Source: Fonticula alba ATCC 38817
Lineage: Eukaryota; Protista; Nucleariida
Reading direction: 5' to 3' (one strand)
DNA: 64,000 nucleotides
Assembly: GCA_000388065.2 (NCBI GenBank)
Contig: KB932206.1
Numbering within the stretch: position 1 is the stretch's first letter; the number at the start of each line of letters is the position of its first letter. This document shows positions 12,298 to 23,563 of the stretch, piece by piece. The position numbers and the translations under genes are program-made. The notes below the pieces were generated by a model. The model was given only the letters and a program-made list of their open reading frames with translations, searched no databases and had not been told where the DNA came from.

Positions 12298-13893
12298 GGG
12301 GTCGGCCCTGCTTGGAGGGATGGATAGGAGGGGGAGGGAGGGGAAACCGGGGGGACAAGCGACAGATGGCACAGGAGACGGAGCGGGGAGGGGGGCCCTG
12401 GTCGGCGCGGCGCAGGAGGAGGGCAAGGGAAATGCATGGGGGGGGGGGGAGAAAATGTGCCTGACTCGGGTCGCCAGACGGCTCCTTGAGCTGCCATGCG
12501 ATCTCTTGATTATACATGCAGAGCGGGGCCAGGGGGCGGAACAGCCGCACAGGGCCCGCCAGCCGCCGGTGAACTGGCCCCGCCCCTCCCTCCCCCTTTT
12601 GACCTGGCTCCTCCTGCGTGTGTGCGTGTGTTTTTTTTGTGCATGGGGATGCACGGGGCGTGGCAGCCCGGCAGGTGGACGCGCCGCAGATGGGGGCGGG
12701 AGCCCGGCCCAGCGGTGCAGCCACAAGCACGGCGCTGTATGGTGAGTGAGGCCAAGCGGACAAGAAAAAAGGCAGCCCATCTGACTCACCTGTGTGGCCG
12801 AAGGGCACAGGGCCGAATGATATCGCCTCACCCCTGGGCCCTGGGCGAGGCCGGCGAACGCGCGAGCAACCGGCGCGCGACGGAAAACACCATCGGCCCC
12901 AGCGGGCGGACTCCCCCGACCCCGGTACCCCTTGCCCGGGCGTTCCATCCGGCCCCCCCCCCCCCCCTTGCCCAAGGCAGGGGAATGATGCCCCGCAATG
13001 ATGTGCCCCGCGCTCATGCCCCCCTCCTCTTCCTCCTCGGGGGCTGCTGCTGCTGCTGCTGCTGCTGCTAGGAAGGCCCCCGATCAGAGGCGGCCCCTGG
13101 GCCAGGGAACGCTCCCGGCCCGGCTCCGTGGCCGGCCAACCTGCGAAGCCCCTCCGGAGGAGAGGGCCCCACAGCGACGCCACCGCTACCGGCAACCACA
13201 GCTGCCGCGGGGGGGTCGCTGCCAGGGGGCCGGCTGGCTGCGCGACAAACGATGGCGCGCCGCTAACAGGCGTGATCCTTCCGGTGGTAGAACGGATCAC
13301 ATGCAAAACCATGTGCCAGCCTCGGCCCGGGTGAGACTTGCGTCGCCCCCGCCCCCGCCCCCGTCCGTTCTGGTTGCTGCTCCCTCCCGGGGCCCGAGCC
13401 GGGGGCAGCTTTCCGGAGCAGGGTCCCCGCGCGCCGTCGGGCGTGCTCCCACGAATACACACACATGGGTGGGCGGAGGGGCAGGCCTCCCCCCCCCCCC
13501 CCCTCCCCAGTCGCTTCCTCCCTCCTCCCTCCGTCACTCGATCTACGGCCGTCTTCCGGTCGGCCGGCCAGCAGGTCCGCCCCCCGCAAGATGGGGCCTT
13601 TTGGGCAGGCCGCCTGCCGGCCGCTCCACCGCTTCACCCCATCCCCTTCAGCCTCCTCTTGTCTCTTCCCCCTGCTGATTCATCCCCAGTTTTCTGTACA
13701 CAAACCCCCGCACGCTCCTGCACTCCTCGCTGCCCTCCTGCCACCTTGCTCCCTCTTCCTCCCTCTTTTCATCTCTCCCTCTTCCTCTTGCCCTCTCCTG
13801 CCCTCCCCCCCCCCCCATCCCACTCCACCCCATCGGCTTCGCTCCTGACGCCCTTTCTTCCCTCCGCATCTCGCGCACACAGATTCCATCACC

Positions 13894-14412
13894 ATGGACA
13901 TCAACGCCCTCACCCCCTATGACCGCAACCGCTTCATGGCCATGATGGAGGAGAAGCAGGTGCGTCGGCGCCCGCGCCCGGCCCCATCCCGGCCCACACC
14001 TCTGTTGCCCCTCCACTGACGCTCATTCTTTCGGACGCCAGGTCAAGGACTCCCTTCGCCTCTATCACAACCTCGTGGAGCGCTGCTTCCTCGACTGCGC
14101 CAACGACTTCACCACCAAGACGCTCACTGCCAAGGAGGTGCGACCCGGGAGCCCCCCGGCCCCTCCCCAGCCCCCTGATCATCCTCCCCCCTCTCCTGGC
14201 CATGCCCCGTCTCTAACCAGGCCGTCCCATGGTCTGCCTTTTCCCCCACCACCCCCTCTCGTCCTTTTTTTTCCCCTTAGGAGGCCTGCGTCAACAAGTG
14301 CTGCGACAAGTTCCTCAAGTACTCCGCCCGCATTGGCCAGCGCTTCGCCGAGCAGAACACCGCCATGGTTGACATCCAGCAGCAGCTCATCAGCGAGAAT
14401 GCCAGCCAGTAA
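13894..14412 (+). CDS. TIM9: Mitochondrial intermembrane-space small Tim chaperone Tim9
   Basis: Three exons give [57 protein letters not shown], with the twin CX3C motif. Confidence 0.95.
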
Positions 14413-14720
14413 GCGATGTCGGGCACATGCGTGCGCATATTCCCCCCCCCCCCCCCCCCCTCGCCCCGACATTTGGCCCCTCACACGTTGTGTGTATGTG
14501 TGTGCCCACACATAGTGCGCGCCCTCTCTACATGCACCTGCCCCCCTGTGGGGCCGAAGAAATAGACCATGGAAAATACCTCCCATCTTCCCGTCGCTGG
14601 GCTGGCCAAGAATAACCCAACGCTCTGGTGCCCTGCGCGCAGATTGACAACCACCACCACACCTGAGCAAACCCAAGCACACATCTCCACATGCCCACCC
14701 ATGTGTGCATGATTATCCGG

Positions 14721-14757
<37 letters not shown>

Positions 14758-15226
14758 ACCCGCCCTTCCGAGGGCTCCCTGAAAGAAGAAGAGGCGCGCA
14801 TGCCCGTTGAGGAGAGATAAGGGGGCGGGGGGGGGGGGGGAAGGTGTATTCGGTCAATGTGTCCGAGCGCAGGGAGGGTCTTCGGGCGCAAGAAACAAGG
14901 ACAGCCGCAGACTGCAGGACAATCAAGCGAAGGGAGGGGGGAGGGAAGAGAGAGGAGGGGAACTGAAGGCAACGCTGTGTCGGGAGAGGAGGAGAGAGGG
15001 AAGAAGGAGAAGGTGACACAAACGGTAGTATATGAAGAGGGAAGTGCTACTGCACCACATGTGGCCGGAGCCATGTGTGCCTGATCTCCCCCCTTGACCA
15101 GTGGCGCAATGGAAGGAGGGAGAGCACAGGCAATGCGCGAAGCAACAAGGGGGAGGAGGAGAGGTGTAGAATGAGGGAGGAGAAGGGAGGGGGAGAGAGG
15201 GAGGGAGGGGGGATTATTCACATCGT

Positions 15227-15739
15227 CTAAGAGAGCATCATCTCATTACGGAGCTTGGAGAGCTCGTCCTCTTCCGAGTCGGACTCCTGCTGGTGGCGCG
15301 AGGACTGGGGAACTGGCGGAAGGAGATCCGCCGTGTTGCGATGCGTCGGGACCGCAGGCAGGTCGTACTGCGCGTGCTTGCTGCTCGCGGGGGTGCTGAC
15401 ATCGAAGAGGCTATCCTCGACGGCGGAGCTGATCTCGTTTTCCAGCTCATCAAGCAGCTCATCCTCCTGCAAGAGGGGGGGGGGAGGGCGTCGTGATTGG
15501 CAGTCCAAATGGCGGCGAGCAGGGGCATGAGGAGGGTGAGGAGGGTGCGGAGGGTGCGGATGATAAATGGCAACCGAGCAGAGGAAAAGTGACGCACGTC
15601 AATGTTGAAGAGGGGCGCGGCCAGGGAGTTGGAGATCTCCTGGGTAACATCGGCCGCCTCGCGGATGTCGTCCATAACATCGTCGATCATATCCTGGTCC
15701 CTGTGAGATGTCGCACATGCCAGTGTCGATGGAGCCAGC

Positions 15740-15771
<32 letters not shown>

Positions 15772-16600
15772 AGTGATTCCACGCGCGTGGGGGAGGGATG
15801 GAGGAGAAGAGCAAGGGACATGTCAGCGGCTGGCAGGCCACAAAGAAGGCAAAATGGGGACCAACCGAAGGGGCGGCCAGCCCGCGAGACGGGCGCCGGG
15901 GAAGAGGGACAAACGCACATGTTGTTGTAGATCTTCTTCTGGGTCTCAGCCGAGCGCTTCAGCGAGTCCATGGTATCCGCGGTGATGGCGGCCGATTCGA
16001 TGCTGTGCATTTGCGTCTCGATGTTGAAGCGCATCCCCTGGAGCTTGGCAATGTCATCGGAAATGATCTTCCGGCGCTTCAGCTGATTGAGAGCCACTGC
16101 GAGGCGCCGCAAGAGAGGACACAAAGGGCGGGGCACATATTTGCATGTCAGAAATGCCAGGGGACCCCAGTTAATCGCGGGAGCAAATGACCGGGGCGCA
16201 GGGGGGAAATGCAGACTCCTTTTCATCGGGACACGCACGCTGCTTCTGGCCCTTCTTCTGGTAGGCGACCGCCTGCTCGGTCAACTCGTCATACTTCCGC
16301 TGGAGGACAGCCTCACGCTTCTCGAGATTGCTGCTGGTTTCGCGCAGGTTCGCAAGACTGCACATGACAGGAGGGGGCGGGGGAGGGAAAGGGTCAGATG
16401 CTGGTTCGGGGGAAGAGGTGTCTCGATGGCAAAGCAGGGCAATGCGCAAGGAAGCAGCAGAAGAGAGAGGGCACAGAGCGGAAGGGAGAGAGGGAGAAAG
16501 AAAGGAAGAAGGAAGGAACAGCGTGTGCGTACGTGCTGGCGGTGGCGGAGGCCGAGTCGGCGGGGGACTTCTTGTCCCGGTTGCCCAAGAAAAAACGCAT
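15227..16600 (-). CDS. SNF7: ESCRT-III subunit Snf7/Vps32/CHMP4 family
   Basis: Spliced exons: LRETSSNLEKREAVLQRK; ALNQLKRRK..KLQGMRFNIETQMHSIESA; IDDVMDDIRE..QEISNSLAAP; DEDELLDELE; C-terminal DELSKLRNEM. The CHMP4 versus CHMP5 subfamily is not certain. Confidence 0.88.
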
Positions 16601-17218
16601 GGTGAAACTGCAGAGGGCAAAGACAAGAAAGGTGTCGGCCGATGTCAGAAGGGCGAGCTGAGAGAAGGAGGAGGGACAAGCGAGGAGGCTGGGCGGAGAG
16701 ACCAAGGGGGAGGGGGATGGGCGAGGAGGGCGCACAGAGAAAGGGGAAGGGTGCGTGCACACGCGCAAGGAGGGGTGGGAACGAGCGCGGGGGCGGGGTA
16801 GGAAGGCGAAGGCGAAGGGAGAAGGCGAAGGGAGAAGGAGGGGGTTGGCCGCGGCCCAAGGGCGGGTGGCTCCAGATGGGGGCGAGAAAAAAGGTCAGAA
16901 TCCCCCCCCCCCCCCCCCCCAGAACTTCGTGCGTGTGTGTGTGTGTGTGTGTGTGAGGCACCCCCGAGAGCCAAGTGTGTCAGGAGGTCTTCGCGGGGGG
17001 GGGGGGTAACCTTCCCTGCCGGCCTCGGTGTCAACCACCCTCGCGGGCGAGAATCCGCTTCCCCACGGCGGTTCCACCGGCCCCCTCCGCCCCTGGGGAA
17101 ATGTCTCGGAATATGTGCGCCCGAGGGTGTGGGTGTGGGTGTGCGGGTGGCTACGTGTTTTCGTGGGATGTTCACCTACACGCGTCCGGAACGGGGCGCG
17201 GCGATCGCGGGCGCTGGC

Positions 17219-17382
17219 GGTCCCGGGGAATGGGAATGCCCCTTCGCGGCCCCTTTGCATTTCCCGGATGTGGCTGCGGAGGCGGCTTCCCGGGGNNNNN
17301 NNNNNGGTCCCGGGGAATGGGAATGCCCCTTCGCGGCCCCTTTGCATTTCCCGGATGTGGCTGCGGAGGCGGCTTCCCGGGG
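17219..17382. repeat. ~77-nt direct duplication flanking gap 17296-17305 (likely assembly artefact)
   Basis: 17219-17295 is repeated identically from 17306. Confidence 0.8.
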
Positions 17383-19110
17383 GGGGGGGGATCGGCGCCG
17401 GTGACGGGGTCGGGCCGGCCGGCGGAACAAACGAGAAAGCCCAACCCGGCGACCAGCGTACCTTGGTCGGACTGCGAACAAGGGAGGAACCTCGGAGACA
17501 GGCAACATGCTCGCGCGCCGGGAAGGATGTGAGTGTGCGAGCGGACGTCTTTCAGGAGGGGCTTCGCCCATCCGGGGGTGATGTAACAAAGAAGCCTGCC
17601 GTCCCCCTCCCGCCCCCCGCTCCACAGCCCCGAAAGGATGAGCATGCCTGTGAGACAAGGCAACACCACCAACACAACCTCACAAGGCAAATGCCGCCAA
17701 GAAATACACAAGGACATCCATGGACGCCCCACGGTCACAGCCGCAGCGATACCCACGCCCGGCCGCAGCACCCAGCCAGCCCGAACACCCGGGGCTGGAG
17801 AGATAGCACTGGCCCGGGGAGAACACGCCCGGAGGAGGGTGCCTGGGACTGCAAGAGAGAAACAGCCCCCGCTCTCCCCATGGGGATGGGGGGGGGGGGG
17901 GGGGGCGTGAGCAACGCGCGCGGCGCAGCACGGGGGAGGGGTGGCGGATCGCTCTGCCACAAACGGTGTGTCAATGGACCGTCTCTCCAAGCCCGCTTAA
18001 TAGGGGCGGGCGCGATCGCCGGGCCGTGAACCCTTGCCACCTCAGCAGCCTCTTTTCCAAATAGCAGCCGGGCCATGCTGATCCAGGACGCCAACGCGCA
18101 CGTCCAACGCCTCGCCCCCGGGCCTGCCCCCCCCCCCGGCAAAGGCAGGAAGCTGGGACCTCCAGTCAGGGGTGATTCCGCCCAATCGAGCAACCCTCCT
18201 CTGTGGTTCTGGGGTTGTTTTGTGTATGCTCTCATTGGAGCGTGTGCCTTCTGCATCGGCGGTGACCCTGGGCGCTCCTGATGGTGTGTACAGATGCCAA
18301 AAACTGAATCGTTGCCCCACCCCCCCCCCTCACCATAGACACTTGGCCAGCGGGCGCCGCGATGCGGGCCGCGCGCCCCGCCCTTGTCTCGGGAGGAGAG
18401 GAGTACGACCGGGGCCAGGGTTGTCGGGCGGTGATGTTCTCACATGCTTTCCAGATGATACGGTATCTCCCGGCCCGATTAACCCGATCATCCGTTTGAT
18501 TGCTCGTGCACGTGTTCCAGTTCTTGGGGTATTTTGGCGTTCATGAAAATCATTACCTTTGTGGAGGGACGCGGAGAAGACGGGCGCCGAGCGCACAACG
18601 CCATCGCGGAGGCCCAGGAAAGGAGAGAGAGAGAGGGAGAGAGAGAGGGAGAGAGAGAGGGAGAGAGAGATACGCATGTATGCGGAGCTCTCCGATCAGC
18701 CCCTTCCAGGGCCACAAAGAAGGCTCCTACTTTCGAGGACCTCCTCAGAACGAAGACCTTAGTTGCTGCCGCTGCTCCCGCTGCTGTGTGTGTGTGTGTG
18801 TATGTCTCGAAGAGTATGCGGAAATATCCCCGAGGCCGCAGTCCGGCCTGCCAACACTTGTTCCCCCGTGGACACCAACCTGCTCCCAAAGCGCTTTCTA
18901 TTTTGCTTGTCCACCCACTCGCCCGCGGCCGAGTTACTGTGCGCCCCCTTTCAAGCGACGGTATTCCCCTGGTTCGACACGTCCGCCTTTCATGCCGGGA
19001 GTGGTCCCCAACCAGTGGCAGACCTCCGGCATGGCCTCCGTCAAAGCTTCACTCGCTCGACGAAGGACCGGACACCCGTGAGAACCATGTGCTATGCAGG
19101 GCAAGGGGCA

Positions 19111-20819
19111 TCACCAGTCATTCAGGTCCGGGGTGATCATGGGCGCAGGGGTACGGCGCCCGACCGCGGGAGCTCCCGAGGGCGGCGGCCGGTGCGAGTC
19201 CGCCGCCGCCGCCGCCGCCGCCTGTCCGCCGGCACCACCGCACTGCGAGTCCCCGCCGCAGCACCCGCTGCTGTTGCTGCTGCTGCTGTTGCTGCTCCCG
19301 ACATCCGGGCCGGAGGCCACCCGGCTGGCCGCCAGCCGGGCTCCGCCGCCACCACAACACCCGCCGGTGCTGCCACCGCCGGCATCGGCCTCAAGGGTCA
19401 GAGTGGACCGGCCACCTCCGGGCGTGGTGGTGGGCGACGACACACCGGTGGAGGTGCTGGCCGTGGCTGTGGGAGCAACGGCGGCGGCGGGGCCGGCAGC
19501 GGGGCCGCCCTCGGGCGCCCCGGGGGCCTCGAGCACCGCGTCGCCCGGGCACAAAACCCGACGGATGCGGTTGAGCAGGCTCCCGGGGTCGCGGCGGGCC
19601 TGGTCCAGGGCCGCCTGGAGCTGCTCGCGCTCCTGGTGCTCCTGCTCCAGACTGCTGCCACAAGGCTCCGACCGGGAAGACCCCGGCAGGCGGTCCCCGG
19701 CTTCACTCTGCTCGTAGTAGGTGTCACTGCGGTCCATGTCGGGCCCGGCGAAGAGCCCCTCCCCGCCGGGTGCCGGGACCTGGTTGGCTTCCAGCAAGTA
19801 GGGCTCAATTGCAGCCAGAGCCGCGGCCAGGGGCAGCAGCGGCCGGTCAAGGAGTCGTGCCCGAAGGAGGTCCGCCTCATGCTCTTGGGGATGGATCTGT
19901 CGCCGATGGTGATAGAAGAAGAAGGGCGAGCTCGGGTCGCCGGCACTGCCATGGTTCCCCTCGCAGCAGGACCGGTCTTCCCGGTGATCGTGATCGTGCG
20001 GGGCCGACGGCGGCTGCCAGCCCGTGGTGGCGGCCTCCTCGCGCCAGCGCCGCGCGGCATCCTCGATGGACTGGACCGTGGCTGCGATCCGGGCTCTGAG
20101 AGGGTCCTCCCCGGGGGCTGGCCGGGCGGTGACCGTGTTGCCGACGGCCACGCGCTGCAGGTCGAAAATGAGCGCGCGCAGGATGGCCTTGTCATCGCGG
20201 GTCCCCGGTGCCGCGGGGCCGCGAGTGGTCAAGGGCGATCCCCGCGCCGGGTCATTGCCCTCGGAAATGGCAAAGCTGGGTTGGGGAGGTGCGTGTGCGT
20301 GTGCGTGTGCGTGTGCGTGTGTGCGTGCGTGTGTGCGTGTGTGCGTGTTTTACGTGCAATCGCGTAAGTCCAGGCTGTGAAGTGGCATCGAGAGACAAGG
20401 AACTGGCGGCGTACACGACCGAAGCCAGGGAGAGGCCGGCATCGAAGCCAAGCTCCGCGCCGGTGACAAAGCCGGCATCGAAGCCGGCCTGTGCGGTCTC
20501 GGCCTTGCCGGTGTCCAGCCCTTGGCGGTAGCCGGCCTAGGTCGAATGCCAAGCGTGCATATGTGCGTGTTTGTCCGCGTGTGTCCGCGCGAGACGCAAA
20601 CGTGAAAATGTCAGCGGCGACCTTGTCATGCAGTTCAAGGGGGGGGGGGGGGGGGGGGGGGGGGACAAGGCACAGGGGCGTCGTGGCTCGCACATTGACA
20701 AAGGTTTTGCGCAGGCGCTGGTGCGACAGGGCCGACTGGATGTCCAGCTCGGAGATGTCGTCGAGCGTGCCATCAAGATCGTCCCACGGATCACTGGAAG
20801 GGATCTGCGGCTCAGACAT
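19111..20819 (-). CDS. YAE1: Yae1-like protein (Yae1-Lto1 adaptor for Fe-S maturation of Rli1/ABCE1) with long low-complexity C-terminus
   Basis: Exon 1 (..RLRKTFVN|gtgcga) joins exon 2 AGYRQGLDTGKAETAQAGFDAGFVTGAELGFDAG, the Yae1_N GX3 repeat. Long final exon to 19111. The second donor site is ambiguous. Confidence 0.75.
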
Positions 20820-21797
20820 GTCCTACGGGGAAAGGGAGGGAGAAAGGAGGGAAGACGGCAGAAGGGAGGCCCGTGGTGGAGGCGGTGACAGTGGCAGGGA
20901 GAGGGGAGAGACAGAGAGAGAGAGAGGGAGAAGGGGGGCAGGGGACGGGTGTGGGCCGGATGGCAGACACTGGGGTAGGGTGGGGGAATAGGGAAAAAAA
21001 AAAGCCTGCACCGCGGCGCCGGCCGATCGCCCTGCGGCGGCGAGATCTCCACCGCCACGCAGATGCCACGCGCAGAAGGGCAGGGGGGGAGGGGGGGACT
21101 AGCCACGCCCTGGGGCACGCCGCACGATGATGGGCAGATGGCGCGGCTCTGATGATTGGTAATACCAGGCACCTGTCCAGGTACGCGGACGCCCGTGCGG
21201 GGGACGAAAGCACGGATATGAGTGCCAACGCCGGCAGAGGCCCTTACAGCCAGACACAGGCACACGCACCACAGGCCAAATGGTGTTACAGCAGGAGCGC
21301 CCCCCGCCCCCCCCCCCCCCGGCAGGGGCCGGGGGTGCCGCGTCTCGAACGATCGGAAGGCTGGTGCTGCCAACTGACTGCGCCGCTCCCTCGCACTTAC
21401 TCTCGTCCTCCCCCCCCCCTTGGGTGGGCGCGGGGCCGGGGACGAGGGGCGGCCTCTGCCATGGGCGCGCACGGTCAGCTTGGCCCAGAAAGATCTTGGA
21501 AGAGAGAGCTGCCGGACCAGGCAGGCAGGTCACTGCCGCCCCCCCCCCCTCTTTGGCTGCAGCTCGCACATGTTTCCGCTCCGCGGGATCCGCTGGCCGG
21601 CGGCCCAGACCGAAGCAGCAGGGGCGGGAGGCGGGGTCTGCACGTTCTACAGGCCGGGGACCGTGACGCCCGAAACCAGGCACAGGAGGCGAGGAAGGGA
21701 AGAGCACACTTTTGGGTGGCCCTGCTCCCATGCCCCTCCGGAGGCCGGCGTCTGCCAGAGACCCCTCTTCAACATCCCTTCTCACATCTTCGGCGTG

Positions 21798-21828
<31 letters not shown>

Positions 21829-21844
21829 GCCCCGAGTCAACATC

Positions 21845-23563
21845 ATGATGCGCTCTGTGTCTCTGGCTGCCAGCCGCGGCGTTCCCCGGCTCATGGGCGC
21901 CCCCCTTGGTCGGGGGCTGTCCAGCGCTGCCTCGCCGCCGGCCGGCCCACAGCCCACGGTCGGCTCTATCCCGGCCAGCAACACCGTTGCCCGGGCGGCT
22001 CTCGCCACGGCCCAGTCACTGGGCATCGACCTGACGAGCAGTCAGCCTGCCAACCCGAAGTACGCCTTTGCTCCCCTCCCCTTCCCACCCTTTGTCCCTC
22101 TCCCCCTCTCTTCCTATCTCCCTGGCTGGCTCCTGACCCGCGCTCGCCCGCAGGACCGTCATCCTCATGATGAACATGGGCGGCCCGGCCAGCTCGGCCG
22201 AGGTGCAGCCCTTCCTGCACAACCTCTTCAGCGACAATGACCTGATCCCGCTGCCGGCGCAGAAGTTCCTGGCTCCGGTGATTGCCAAGCGCCGGACCCC
22301 CAAGGTGGCGAGCCACTATGACGAAATCGGCGGCGGGAGCCCCATCCGGACCTGGACCGAGGCCCAGGCCGCCGCCATGGTCAAGCATCTGGATCGCCTG
22401 TCCCCGGAGACGGCCCCCCACGCGGCGGAGGTGTGCTTCCGATATGCCCCTCCGCTTACGGAGGAGGCCCTGAATCGGGTGGAGGCCTACGGCCCGGGGG
22501 TCGAGCGGGTGGTGTGCTTTTCCCAGTACCCGCAGTATTCCTGCTCGACGTCGGGGTCCTCCTTCAATGAGCTGGCGCGCCAGGTGCGCGCTCGCGCCGC
22601 TGGCGGGGCCGACATCTCGGCCGGGCCGCGCTACACCGCCATCGACCGCTGGCCCCTGGCCCCGGGGCTGGTGGAGGCCTTCGCCGACAATGTCATCCAC
22701 TCGCTGACCAAGCAGCTGAGCCCGTCGGAGGCCGAACAGACCTTCGTCCTCTTCTCGGCGCACTCTCTGCCAATGTCCAGTACGTGCATGCGACCGTCAT
22801 CGACCTTTTTGGCAGGGCCTTCTCCGGGCCGGGGGGNNNNNNNNNNNNNNNNNNNNNNCCCTTCCTGGGGTCCTGCATTATCTGCAGACTGAATGGCGCC
22901 GCCATGAGCGCCAGCGCACCGCCTGGGCTCTGGAGCGCAGCCGGCTCCTGGTGGGGGGGGGGGAAGCAGCGAAGAACATGCTGCCGCCGTTGCCTGCCTC
23001 CTGCTGACTGACTCTTCCCCGCCCCTGCGGGGCCTCCCTGTCGGCGCGTCCCAGTCGTCGAGCGTGGTGACCAGTATCCCACCGATGTGGCCGCCACCGC
23101 TTCGGCTGTCATGGAGCACGTGCGCCAGAGCACCGGCCTGGCGCTCCCCTGGCGCGTGTGCTGGCAGTCGACTGTCGGCCCGCGGAGGTGGCTGTCCCCC
23201 TCGACGGAGAACAGCCTGAAGGCCCTCGGCCGGCAGCGGCGCCCGGTGGCCCTGGTGGTTCCGGTGGCCTTCACCTCGGACCATATCGAGACGCTGCACG
23301 AATTGGACTTGGACTATGGCCCCCAGGCCCAGTCGTGGGGCCTGCAGCGCATCGTCCGCGCCGAGAGCCTGAACCTGCACCCGCGTTTCACGCTCGGCCT
23401 GGCCGAGATTGTGGCCAACCATCTGGCTGCCACGAAGGACGGCCGCTCGGACCCGGCCGGCGCCCTGTTCACGGCCCGCTGTCTTGGCTGCACGAAGGAG
23501 TCTTGCCAGGAGACGCGGGACTTCTTCGCCGAGCAGCGGTCTCCGTGCTCGGAGCAGAAGTAG
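21845..23563 (+). CDS. HEM15: Mitochondrial ferrochelatase
   Basis: Transit-peptide-like N-terminus. Motifs ILMMNMGGP, RRTPKV..Y..IGGGSP, FSQYPQYSCSTSGSS, FSAHSLP, RGDQYP, WQSTVGP..WL, FTSDHIETLHELD and RAESLN. Both introns checked in phase; intron 2 spans gap 22837-22858. Confidence 0.97.

Noticed and set aside
17219-17382. Tandem duplication as a regulatory repeat
   Set aside because: The identical copies sit on each side of a 10-N gap, typical of unmerged contig overlap. The same applies at 29552-30281.
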